NCBI GenBank assembly: GCA_038904015.1
Contig: JBCKKZ010000002.1
Span: 8,369-72,368, forward strand
DNA: 64,000 bases
Direction of reading: 5' to 3'
Source of the DNA: Burkholderiales bacterium
Lineage (GTDB): Bacteria > Pseudomonadota > Gammaproteobacteria > Burkholderiales > SG8-39
Below the pieces are notes generated by a model. The model saw nothing but the letters and a program-made list of their open reading frames with translations. It did no database searches and was not told the DNA's origin. Made by a program: the position numbers and the translations under genes. Each line of letters opens with the position of its first letter. Position 1 is the first letter of the stretch. Shown here in pieces: positions 43,306 through 52,187 of this stretch.

Positions 43306-43689
43306 CTAGAAGCTGAGCTGAAGATCAACCCCGTCCGCGAGCACGACGGGCTTGAGCGGTGCTCTGCCGCCTTTGCCTTCGGCCTGCGCCGTTACTTGCA
43401 GCTCGACCAGACCATAGCGCTCGAGCGTGTGCAGCGTGCGGGTCAGGTTGCTCGCCGCCCGGCCCGTGATCTCCTGCAATTCCGCGATCGATTCCGGATG
43501 GTGCTCACGGATCGCCTGCAGCAGCGCCTGGTTGTCCTCCGAGAGCACGCTCGCGAGCGACTTGAGCGACGTGAACCAGACCTTCGGCTCGCCGGGAACA
43601 GGCTTGTGCCGCCCCCGCGCGATCGCGATGGTGCGCGCCTTCATCTCCCGGTAGGGCATGACGCCCACCTTCATCACTTTTCTCGCCAT
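43306..43689 (-). CDS. HVO_A0114-like winged-HTH protein (putative antitoxin)
   Basis: PKVWFTSLKSLASVLSEDNQALL...PESIAEL...GRAASNLTRTL. Confidence 0.7.
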   Translation of the reverse strand: MARKVMKVGVMPYREMKARTIAIARGRHKPVPGEPKVWFTSLKSLASVLSEDNQALLQAIREHHPESIAELQEITGRAASNLTRTLHTLERYGLVELQVTAQAEGKGGRAPLKPVVLADGVDLQLSF

Positions 43690-43838
43690 GGCGCTACTCC
43701 TCGCACAGGATTGTATCACTTACTGATAGGTTGAAGCAGCGGCCGGATCTTCTTCACGCCCGTTCAACGCACCAGCTGCCGAAAGGATGACGCGAGGCCG
43801 CGCGCGCCTGCGCCGCGCCGCCACGCCGCGCCGCCACG

Positions 43839-44390
43839 TCAGCGCCGGAGGAACTCGGCGTACCCCGCCATGAAACCCGACAGCAGGCCTCGCAGCTGCT
43901 CGTCGACCAGCTTCCCCTGCGCATCGAACGCCTTGCCGGCGCTTGCCGCCGTGAGCGTGCGGCCGAACCACGGGCGCATGCCCAGCGCGCGCAGCACCGG
44001 CAGCCAGGCGGCCTGGGCGAGAATCGTTCCGCCGCGCCCCGGCGTCGCGCCCATCAGCGTCACCGGCTTGCCGCCGAACACGCGCGGAATGTCGGAGGCG
44101 GGCCGCGACAGCCAGTCGATCGCGTTCTTCATCGCGCCCGGCAGCGAATTGTTGTACTCGGGCGTCACCAGCAGCAGCCCGTCCGCGCCCGCGATGCGGT
44201 CCTTGAGCGCGCGCACCGGCTCCGGAATCCCGCCCTCCGCCTCCGCGTCCCCGTCATACAACGGAATGCCGCGGATCGAGGCCGTTTCCACCGTGAGCTC
44301 CGCCGGCGCCGCCTCAATTGCGGCGCGCAACAGCGCGGCGTTAAGCGAACCCAGCCGTGCGCTGCCTGCAATGCCGATGATCGTGGCCAT
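43839..44390 (-). CDS. NADPH-dependent FMN reductase
   Basis: IAGSARLGSLN, VTPEYNNSLPGAMKNAIDWLSRP. Confidence 0.9.
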   Translation of the reverse strand: MATIIGIAGSARLGSLNAALLRAAIEAAPAELTVETASIRGIPLYDGDAEAEGGIPEPVRALKDRIAGADGLLLVTPEYNNSLPGAMKNAIDWLSRPASDIPRVFGGKPVTLMGATPGRGGTILAQAAWLPVLRALGMRPWFGRTLTAASAGKAFDAQGKLVDEQLRGLLSGFMAGYAEFLRR

Positions 44391-44834
44391 TCAATCCATT
44401 GTCCTGTAACCGGTGAGATTCTTGACGATGATCTTCGCGATGCCGCCTTCCAGCGTCATCGACTCTTTCATGATCTCGATTATCTGCTTCCGTGTCGCCT
44501 CGGAGATGAGACCGTGCGTCCTGGATGGATCCTGCGTCAGTTGCGCCACCGTCTCGTCCAGGTCGAGATCGGCGGCGTAGGTGCAGTCGAGGACCGACGG
44601 CTGGGGATTTGTCAGGAAATCGTAGCCGTCCGCCTTGCCTATGGGGATAAGCTCATCCGACAGGTGCTTCTTGCTTTCTTGCAGCTCAGTCGCGCTCGAA
44701 TTGATCAGCAACCCGAGGCAGCACGGATTCGTCGCCACGACGACGACGAACTTCTCCTTCGGCGGATCGGTGAAGGAACAAAAAAGCCGCAGAACGCGGC
44801 CCGGAACGATCAGCTCTTCAAGCGACTGGATCAC
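44391..44834 (-). CDS. Hypothetical protein, putative Panacea-partner toxin (possibly PemK-like fold)
   Basis: GTGA overlap with the Panacea gene; PGRVLRL...PPKEKFVVVV...LLINS. Confidence 0.55.
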   Translation of the reverse strand: MIQSLEELIVPGRVLRLFCSFTDPPKEKFVVVVATNPCCLGLLINSSATELQESKKHLSDELIPIGKADGYDFLTNPQPSVLDCTYAADLDLDETVAQLTQDPSRTHGLISEATRKQIIEIMKESMTLEGGIAKIIVKNLTGYRTMD

Positions 44835-45412
44835 GCCGCACGCGGCTTGGCGTGGTGCGCCGACTCCCTCTTCGAATGCGCCTCGCCGGGCGCGCGATCC
44901 CTCAGGTGCGAAGCAACGGCCTCCGCACCCTTCAGCTCGTCGATGAGATCGGACAGCTTCATCTCGCCATTCGAGTCTGCATTTTCAAATGCCTTTCCCT
45001 GGTGGCTCAGCCTCTTGAGCCTCCCGAAAGACATCCTGCCGTACTTCCGCGCCGCATCCAGCAGGCAAGCCATGTCCGATCTGCTGAGCAAATCGGTTTC
45101 CACAGCCCCTCTCGCGCTCAGATAGTGATCGTTGACTTCCAGAAGCTCGAACGCCTCCGGAAACTGCAAATCCCACTTGGCGCGCCCATTCGCATACTTG
45201 ACGATTTCGTACGCGCCGCTCGGCACCGGGCCGTGCTCAAGCGCATAGAACGTATCGCCGTAAATCTGGCGCCCGTATTCCTGCAGGTGTTTTCGGTCGG
45301 CGTAGTACAAGCACTTCAGCACGTTGTACACGTTCGCCGGCTTCGGCAGGTGCGTCACCACGAAAAGCATCGCGTGGAGCGCTTTCCGCTGGTCGAATTT
45401 CGTATTAGGCAT
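44831..45412 (-). CDS. Panacea (DUF4065/SocA) antitoxin
   Basis: LKCLYYADRKHLQEYGRQIYGDTFYALEHGPVPS, LKRLSH. Confidence 0.85.
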   Translation of the reverse strand: MPNTKFDQRKALHAMLFVVTHLPKPANVYNVLKCLYYADRKHLQEYGRQIYGDTFYALEHGPVPSGAYEIVKYANGRAKWDLQFPEAFELLEVNDHYLSARGAVETDLLSRSDMACLLDAARKYGRMSFGRLKRLSHQGKAFENADSNGEMKLSDLIDELKGAEAVASHLRDRAPGEAHSKRESAHHAKPRAA

Positions 45413-45483
45413 GTCCTACCCGCATTATAGGAGAGAAATTGCCTGCTTACACGTCGGCTGGTTGGCTGAATTCATAGAATCAG

Positions 45484-48483
45484 CTAAACGTCGTCAGCAG
45501 ACACGGCGACCGCAAACGGCACGCCTAGCGCCTCGAAGTGCCGCAGGCCGCATCGCACCTTGTCCGCTTCTGACGTGCGCAGCTTCAGGAAATCGCGAGT
45601 GCCTTTCGTCTCGCGCACGAAGTAGAGTGTCTTGTCCTCGTGCTTCACAATGGCCCAATCGGGGTTGTATTTCCCGACCGGCGTGTCGATTTGAAACCAG
45701 CCCGGCAGCTTGACGAAAAGCTTGATGTCGGCGCGCTGGTCGAGCTTCTGCGCGAACGCGCGCTCGATCTCTGAATCGTAGACGACATACTCGTAAACGG
45801 ATTTTTGAACTTCGAGGGCGGTCAGATAATTGACGAGCTCCTCGTTCTTGAAGAGCAGCATTTCCCACTCCGCATCAGCGCCGTGACCGGCCATCCGCTC
45901 GTACTTGATGCCATCCACGAGCAGGCGATGCAGCTCGTGTTTGAGGATCGCCGCGACCTGATCGAGAAACCGTTGGGGATTCTGGAAAACATCGGCGAGA
46001 CGTTCCGAGTCCTTGAGGATGCGAACGAGCGTTGAACGGGTCAATTCGGTCTCGTTCTGGAGGTAGGCCAGAATGTCAGGCAGTGCTTTCGTATAATTGG
46101 CGGGCCTCTCCGTGGCCGCGCTAACCGCAGTCGCGGTCACGCCGCCCTTTCGCACCTGCACTTGTCCCGCAGACACCTGAATCTTCGGCGCCTCGATTTG
46201 CTCCATGTGGTTGACGGCCTCTACCGTGCGTCGCACGAGACCATCGGTCTCGAACTCCACACGGTAAGTGGTCTTCGGCTTGATCCGGGTCCAGAGGGCC
46301 TGGAACTCAGGGCTGAGCGTGACCTCCTTTTTCAGCCGATTGACGCCCTCATCCTTGTCTCTGCGAATGTGGCGCTCGATCTGATACGCGGCCAGCAAAT
46401 CCACGACCGCCGGGGCCAAGTCTCGCTGCGCCTCGGGCATATCGAGCTTGAAGTCCTTGCGTTTCGGATCGAACGCGGGCTGGATTCGTCCGTCAGCATC
46501 GAGCATCTTCTGCCCTACCAGCGCGGCTCGTACTGCTTCCGCTGAATCGCGGCCAATGGGTTGCGTTGTCCCATCCACGATCCGCGTGAGCTTGAGGAAC
46601 GCGGTAAACGGCACCTTGCCGAAAGTAACGCCGCAGTCCTCTTCGTATTCTGTTTGCAGCGCCTTGGCGAAGTCCTCGTAGCTCTCGTTGGCCATCACGT
46701 AGAGCTTGTTAATCGACTCATCGAAGACGCGCACGCCCGTCTGGTCTACCGGCAAGCGCAAGCCGCGGCCGATTTCCTGACGTTTCTTCATCACGCTGCG
46801 GCTCTCGTTGAGAGTGCAAATCTGGAAAACATTCGGGTTGTCCCAACCCTCGCGCAACGCCGAGTGACTGAAGATGAACCGCAGCGGCTCGTCCATTGAC
46901 AGAAGCCGCTCCTTGTCCTTCATGATCAGGTTGTAGACCTCGTCGTCGGCCTGGGTGTCGCCGCGGGTGTCCTTGAGAATCTCGACGACCTTGCCCTGCA
47001 CCTTTCGCTTGTCTGCGGCGAAGTAGCCGTTGTGCAGGCGCCCGACCGGCTCCTTGAGCCATTCCAGTTCCCGGTAGCGCTCGTCCTTGGCAAGCTCCGC
47101 GAGTTCCTCCTCGAACACCTGCGCGAACTTCCCCTTGACCGGCTGGCCGTCCGCGCCGTAGTCCCGGTAGTTGGCGACGCGGTCAATGAAGAAAAGAGAA
47201 AGCACCTTTAGGCCCCGAGCCCGGACCTGAAGCTCCTTGTCCAAGTGCTTCTTGACGGTGTGCTTGATTTGCACGCGCCATACGTCCTCGCGCAGCCCGC
47301 CCGTCTCTTCTCCCAGCCGCAACGTGCGACCGTTCGCGAAGCGCAGGTATTCAGCATCCGGTTCCGCGTTGATCTCAGCCACCTCGAAACCGTCGCGGTA
47401 GCTCGCGCGATCGTTTGACAGCGTGAAGAGGTCCGCGCCCTGTTTAACCGTAACTGTCTTCTCCTTCGGCCCTTCGGTAGTCTGTACGTGGATTCGCAGC
47501 TTTGCCTTGATCCCCTTTTTGTAGTCGATCTGCACCACCCGAACGAAGGCGTCGTTGGCGGAGCTGTCAGCCGTGGCGCTCGCCACGACGATCTGCTTGA
47601 CGAGCTTCAGCTCGAAGGCCCGCACTGGGTCCAAGCGGTAGACGAGGTTGTACGGATTGCGGTGCGTGGCCGAGTAACGCAGAGTGCAGAGCGGGTTCAG
47701 TGCCCGGATTGCTTCCTGCGCCTTGTCGGTCGAGTCCACGCTCTGTGGCTCGTCGATGATGACGATAGGCCGCGCCGCCTGCACGAACTCGATCGGCTGG
47801 CGACCGGAGAGCTTGTCGCTCTCCTTGTAGATCACGTTGCTTTTCTGCTCTGCCTCGGTGCCGGTAAAGTTCTTGCGGAACGCGTCGATATTGATGACAA
47901 GGATTTGCAGCGTATTGCTGGTCGCGAACTGGCGCAGCCGATTCACCTTCTTCGCGTCGTAGACGAAGTGCTCGAATGGCAGATTGTTGAAGAGCGCGCG
48001 GAAGTGGTCGGCGGTAATCTCGATGTTCTTGAGCACGCCCTCGCGGATCGCCACGCTCGGGACCACAATGATGAACTTCTGGAATCCGTAGCGCCGCGAT
48101 AGCTCGAAGATCGTTCGCAAGTAGACGTAGGTCTTGCCGGTCCCGGTTTCCATCTCCACCGAGAAGTGAGGGCACGGCCGCGCCTGATTCGCCGGGCCGT
48201 CGAACAATTCCCAGGCCTCGGGCGCGACGGCGAGGTCCGGCACCTCGATGTCATTGCGCGTTTGGATGGCGCGCAGGTTCGCGCGCAGCTTGTCCTCGGC
48301 CAGCAGCAGGCGATTGCCCAGGCCCAGCTCGCTCCGGTCCTGCCCGGCAAAAAGGCCGTCCATCGAGCCGACGTTGATCACGGCATACTCCGGCGCGCCC
48401 TGCGGCTGGCCGACGAAGAGTTCCGTGACGGCTGCTATCGCGTCGAGCTGGAACGCCTGATTCGGGTCGAACTGGAGTTTCAC
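45484..48483 (-). CDS. res: Type III restriction enzyme Res subunit
   Basis: EMETGTGKTY, IIDEPQ, ALREGWDNPN, QEIGRGLRL, YNPDWA...ETK. Confidence 0.93.
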   Translation of the reverse strand: MKLQFDPNQAFQLDAIAAVTELFVGQPQGAPEYAVINVGSMDGLFAGQDRSELGLGNRLLLAEDKLRANLRAIQTRNDIEVPDLAVAPEAWELFDGPANQARPCPHFSVEMETGTGKTYVYLRTIFELSRRYGFQKFIIVVPSVAIREGVLKNIEITADHFRALFNNLPFEHFVYDAKKVNRLRQFATSNTLQILVINIDAFRKNFTGTEAEQKSNVIYKESDKLSGRQPIEFVQAARPIVIIDEPQSVDSTDKAQEAIRALNPLCTLRYSATHRNPYNLVYRLDPVRAFELKLVKQIVVASATADSSANDAFVRVVQIDYKKGIKAKLRIHVQTTEGPKEKTVTVKQGADLFTLSNDRASYRDGFEVAEINAEPDAEYLRFANGRTLRLGEETGGLREDVWRVQIKHTVKKHLDKELQVRARGLKVLSLFFIDRVANYRDYGADGQPVKGKFAQVFEEELAELAKDERYRELEWLKEPVGRLHNGYFAADKRKVQGKVVEILKDTRGDTQADDEVYNLIMKDKERLLSMDEPLRFIFSHSALREGWDNPNVFQICTLNESRSVMKKRQEIGRGLRLPVDQTGVRVFDESINKLYVMANESYEDFAKALQTEYEEDCGVTFGKVPFTAFLKLTRIVDGTTQPIGRDSAEAVRAALVGQKMLDADGRIQPAFDPKRKDFKLDMPEAQRDLAPAVVDLLAAYQIERHIRRDKDEGVNRLKKEVTLSPEFQALWTRIKPKTTYRVEFETDGLVRRTVEAVNHMEQIEAPKIQVSAGQVQVRKGGVTATAVSAATERPANYTKALPDILAYLQNETELTRSTLVRILKDSERLADVFQNPQRFLDQVAAILKHELHRLLVDGIKYERMAGHGADAEWEMLLFKNEELVNYLTALEVQKSVYEYVVYDSEIERAFAQKLDQRADIKLFVKLPGWFQIDTPVGKYNPDWAIVKHEDKTLYFVRETKGTRDFLKLRTSEADKVRCGLRHFEALGVPFAVAVSADDV

Positions 48484-48495
48484 CGGCTAGGGTTG

Positions 48496-50229
48496 CTACT
48501 TTGCAGAGTTCCCGTCGGCTCGTGGCCGCGCTTTCTTGGCGGCTTCGAGGATTGCATCGAGCTTCTCTCGGATTTCAGCGTCGAGCGCCGCGACCGGCAC
48601 ATATTCGGCCAGCACATAGTAGTCGGTCTTTCTCATGAGATTTGGAAGGCCAAGACGTTCGTAGAAGCGTTTGAACACCGGATCGAAAAAGTCGTCAGTT
48701 GCTTTGATGTCCGCGCTCCAAGGCGAAGGTTTGCCCAACGCCCCGAGGGCAGCCTCAATCTCGGTGATGACTTCCTGCATAGTGACACGCCACGATGCAG
48801 CGAACAGGTCTCCCCCTTCTGCGCGGCCTTTCGCCTCCGCGAACGCGAGGAGCGTATCGCGTTGGCAGAGATAGTTTTCAATCTCCCGTTTACGCCACAT
48901 GAGCTGGTTAAGCGCGGGATCTGCCGCTGGCGCCTGGTCGAGTCGATCGAAAAGCGCGATCCCGACAAGATCGGGTTTTGCCTCCTGCAACGCGGAGTAA
49001 TGACCCCGAGCCTTGCTTGGCTGGTTCCCAACGTACTGTACGAAAGGCCGTTCAAGGACTCCCTTCGCAGCATGATTGAGCTTTGCGGCGAACGATTGGA
49101 GCACAGCGAGATCAGTCGATCCTTCTACGTACAGCACCCACCCGACTTCCTCCGCTTGGTAGTAGTGCTCGAAGCCGATTTCCCTGAGAGACTTCAGCAC
49201 CTGGCTACCGCGATCGTCAATTCGATGTGGCTTGCCAACAAAGGCCACCACGACATCGCGGTCTGCGGCTTCGTTCAGAATGACTTCGGAATGACTCGCA
49301 GCGAAAATCTGACTTCCGGTGCGGGCCGCTGTTTCGGTGAGCAGCTGATAAATTTGCCGCTGCCGTAGGATTTCCAGGTGTGCGTCCGGCTCGTCCAACA
49401 GCAGGACCGCGCCGGGATTGACCGTCATGTGCGCTAGGAGCAACAGTGTCTGCTGCTGGCCTCGCCCACTGGACGAAATATCCAGTTGCGCCTTCCCGCG
49501 AGTACGATAAGTCATGACAATCTCGCCGCGTTCCTTGATGTACTTGGGTTCGTCCAAATGGATGCCAAAGAGCGCCTGCATTTTCTCGACGATGTGCTTC
49601 CATTTGGCGTCGCCGTCCTGGGCGGAAAGCACCAGCCAACAGAGATTGCGCAGCGTTTCCGCCGTACGGCCTTCGCCTAAGCGCACATTGATGGCACCCT
49701 CATCCAACCGCAACTCGTTGGCGGCGAGACCCGACATCGGCTGGAGGTATGCGACGCGCAAGTCCGAAAGGTGTGCCGGCACCTCGAGCAGGTTGCCCCC
49801 GGCGTCCTTGACCGGGCGACAGTAGAACGACTCCGCGTTGACGTAGTCGAATTCCAGACCGCATGTCCAGCACTTGCCTTCATCTACACCTTCCACTTGA
49901 ATTTCGATCAGGATGTTTGGGGCGCTAGTCTTTCTCTCTTTGCGTCCACCCTTGCGAACGTGCAGATCGCGCCAAAGAAGATTCGCTGCTGGCACGGGTA
50001 CCGCGATCAAATCGCGGCGGTTGATCATGACGCCGTATCGCTTCTTCGGCACGGGGTGTCCGCGACGCTCTTCGATCCAGCGCTTTACGCCAATATTCCA
50101 GAGGGTCAACGCTTGAAGGGCGGATGTTTTCCCCGTATTGTTCGGGCCAATAAAGACGACGCGGTCCCCTAGTTCGATCTCAACTTCACCGAACAGTTTG
50201 AAATTCCGAATAGTGAGTTTCGTCAGCAC
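48496..50229 (-). CDS. ABC-type ATPase + TOPRIM-like domain (OLD-nuclease-like)
   Basis: GPNNTGKTS, SSGRGQQQ, LLLDEPDAHL, ASHS, YVEGSTD, REIENY. Confidence 0.75.
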   Translation of the reverse strand: MLTKLTIRNFKLFGEVEIELGDRVVFIGPNNTGKTSALQALTLWNIGVKRWIEERRGHPVPKKRYGVMINRRDLIAVPVPAANLLWRDLHVRKGGRKERKTSAPNILIEIQVEGVDEGKCWTCGLEFDYVNAESFYCRPVKDAGGNLLEVPAHLSDLRVAYLQPMSGLAANELRLDEGAINVRLGEGRTAETLRNLCWLVLSAQDGDAKWKHIVEKMQALFGIHLDEPKYIKERGEIVMTYRTRGKAQLDISSSGRGQQQTLLLLAHMTVNPGAVLLLDEPDAHLEILRQRQIYQLLTETAARTGSQIFAASHSEVILNEAADRDVVVAFVGKPHRIDDRGSQVLKSLREIGFEHYYQAEEVGWVLYVEGSTDLAVLQSFAAKLNHAAKGVLERPFVQYVGNQPSKARGHYSALQEAKPDLVGIALFDRLDQAPAADPALNQLMWRKREIENYLCQRDTLLAFAEAKGRAEGGDLFAASWRVTMQEVITEIEAALGALGKPSPWSADIKATDDFFDPVFKRFYERLGLPNLMRKTDYYVLAEYVPVAALDAEIREKLDAILEAAKKARPRADGNSAK

Positions 50230-50238
50230 TGTGCCCCC

Positions 50239-52173
50239 TTACACCGTCTTGAAGCTCGTAACGCTTTTGTTCTTGAAAATCTGCACTGCGTTCGCTTTGA
50301 GTTGATCGTTTCCTGCAAAACCTTCGTCCAAGCACACAACGCGCTCGGGCTTCTTCTCCGCCATAGCGCGAATCAGTTCCAGGGTCAGCTCGCGTTCAAG
50401 GCAGATGAGTAGCGCACTGCCCGACACGCTGTGCACCGTTTTCCCCGTGAGTGTCAGCGTTTCGACGGGCGTAGTCAGCGGAAAACCACTCTTGAGCAGA
50501 ATTTCATAAAGCAGGTCTTTCGGTGCGCGATCTTCGCGAATGTGGTCTACATGCAGTTCGAGCTGCTTCGCAAGTCCCTCAGCGTCTTTGGGTGCTTCGG
50601 CGTTCCAGGGATTAAAGTTGGATTCGGCGAGCTTGAAAACGCGGAAGCCCCGTGCCCGCTCGCTGCTTGAGGCAAGATCCAGTGTGTTGATGTCTTGCTC
50701 GTCAAGTTTCAGAACAACGCGACGCACGCGCTCTTTTGTGATCTCCGTCACGGTCTTATAGTCTTCCCGGTCCGTTGGCTCGGGAAGCTGCACAAGAATA
50801 AATTTACGAGTTCCACCATCCTGTCTATTGAGTTCGAGAATTGCATGCCCAGTCGTTCCCGAACCAGCAAAGAAGTCCAAGCAAATATCGTCCTCATCAA
50901 GCGACTGCTGAATTATTGTCTTGATCAACTCAACGGGTTTGGGCGTAATGGTCGCAATCCCAGGAATCAACGCTTTCAAACTTTTTGTCGCGGCGTCAGT
51001 TGAAAACTCCGGGCCTATCCAAATGGATTTAGGTTTCGCAACCCGTTCTTGTCCATCGGCCTCAAGGTATACGCGGTATGCGATGTTCCAACGATCCTTG
51101 TTTTCAACCTTTGTCGCCCGCAGCGAGGACATAGCTTGCTTTACCCTAGTGCTTCCCCATCGCCAACATCCATCGGAACCGTCACTCTTCAGGGGCATAA
51201 TTTTCTTGGGGAACTTGGCCGATTCTTCCGGTGAACATTCACCAGTTTTGGGATCTGCGAAAATTGGGAAGTACAGTTTCGGGCGAGCATCGCGAGTGTC
51301 CGCACCGCCACGTTTACGCAAATCACGCCACTGAAATTTCAAGCCTGCCTCGTCCTCCGCTCGATACTCAGCGATCTGCTTGCTAGAGAGCGGAAGTCCT
51401 AGAGATTCGAAGTCTGGCTGCGTATACATGAGAAGGTACTCGTGCGCCGTGGCAATATATTTTCGATCGTTTCGGCCCTTCAGGTTGTTGACAACGGCAA
51501 TCTGACCAGCGAAGCATTCCTCCCCAAATACTTCATTCATTAAGCAGCGCAGATTGTTGGATTCATTGTCATCGCAAGAGATAAAGATAACGCCATCTTC
51601 GCGAAGAAGATTCCTCGCGAGATATAGGCGCGGGAACATCATGTTCAGCCACTTGGAATGAAAGCGGCCGTCCGTATCCGTATTTGTACTGAACTTCCGC
51701 CCCTCCGCGTCCACTTGCCCTGTGTACTCCAGGTAGGTCTGTAGGCTCTCGGCGTAATTGTCTGGGTAGATAAAGTCCTTGCCGGTGTTGTAGGGCGGGT
51801 CGATGTAGATCATTTTGACTTTGCCCAGATACGATTTCTGCAAGAGCTTGAGCACCTCCAAGTTGTCGCCTTCGATGATCAGGTTCTCGGTGGTATCAAA
51901 ATTGACGCTCTCTTCCGGGCAAGGACGCAGCGTGCCGAGGCTCGGTGCCTGAATGGTCCGGAAGCACTCGGCCTTGCCTGGCCACGTCATGCCGTAGCGC
52001 TCCTTGCCAACGTCCACCGCCTCGCCCAGCGCGAGCTTCAGCCGGTCGAAGTCGAGCTTGTCGCCCTCGGTGCGGATCTCGGGAAAAAGGCGGAGCAATT
52101 CCCGCCGCTTGTCATCGGCGATATCGTGCGAGCGCAGGTCGAGCTTCTCGGGCTCGTTGGTTTTCTTGCTCAT
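50239..52173 (-). CDS. mod: Type III DNA methyltransferase Mod
   Basis: IEGDNLEVLK, IYIDPPYNTG, LDFFAGSGTT; lower-GC central TRD. Confidence 0.93.
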   Translation of the reverse strand: MSKKTNEPEKLDLRSHDIADDKRRELLRLFPEIRTEGDKLDFDRLKLALGEAVDVGKERYGMTWPGKAECFRTIQAPSLGTLRPCPEESVNFDTTENLIIEGDNLEVLKLLQKSYLGKVKMIYIDPPYNTGKDFIYPDNYAESLQTYLEYTGQVDAEGRKFSTNTDTDGRFHSKWLNMMFPRLYLARNLLREDGVIFISCDDNESNNLRCLMNEVFGEECFAGQIAVVNNLKGRNDRKYIATAHEYLLMYTQPDFESLGLPLSSKQIAEYRAEDEAGLKFQWRDLRKRGGADTRDARPKLYFPIFADPKTGECSPEESAKFPKKIMPLKSDGSDGCWRWGSTRVKQAMSSLRATKVENKDRWNIAYRVYLEADGQERVAKPKSIWIGPEFSTDAATKSLKALIPGIATITPKPVELIKTIIQQSLDEDDICLDFFAGSGTTGHAILELNRQDGGTRKFILVQLPEPTDREDYKTVTEITKERVRRVVLKLDEQDINTLDLASSSERARGFRVFKLAESNFNPWNAEAPKDAEGLAKQLELHVDHIREDRAPKDLLYEILLKSGFPLTTPVETLTLTGKTVHSVSGSALLICLERELTLELIRAMAEKKPERVVCLDEGFAGNDQLKANAVQIFKNKSVTSFKTV

Positions 52174-52187
52174 CGTTTGATACTACG

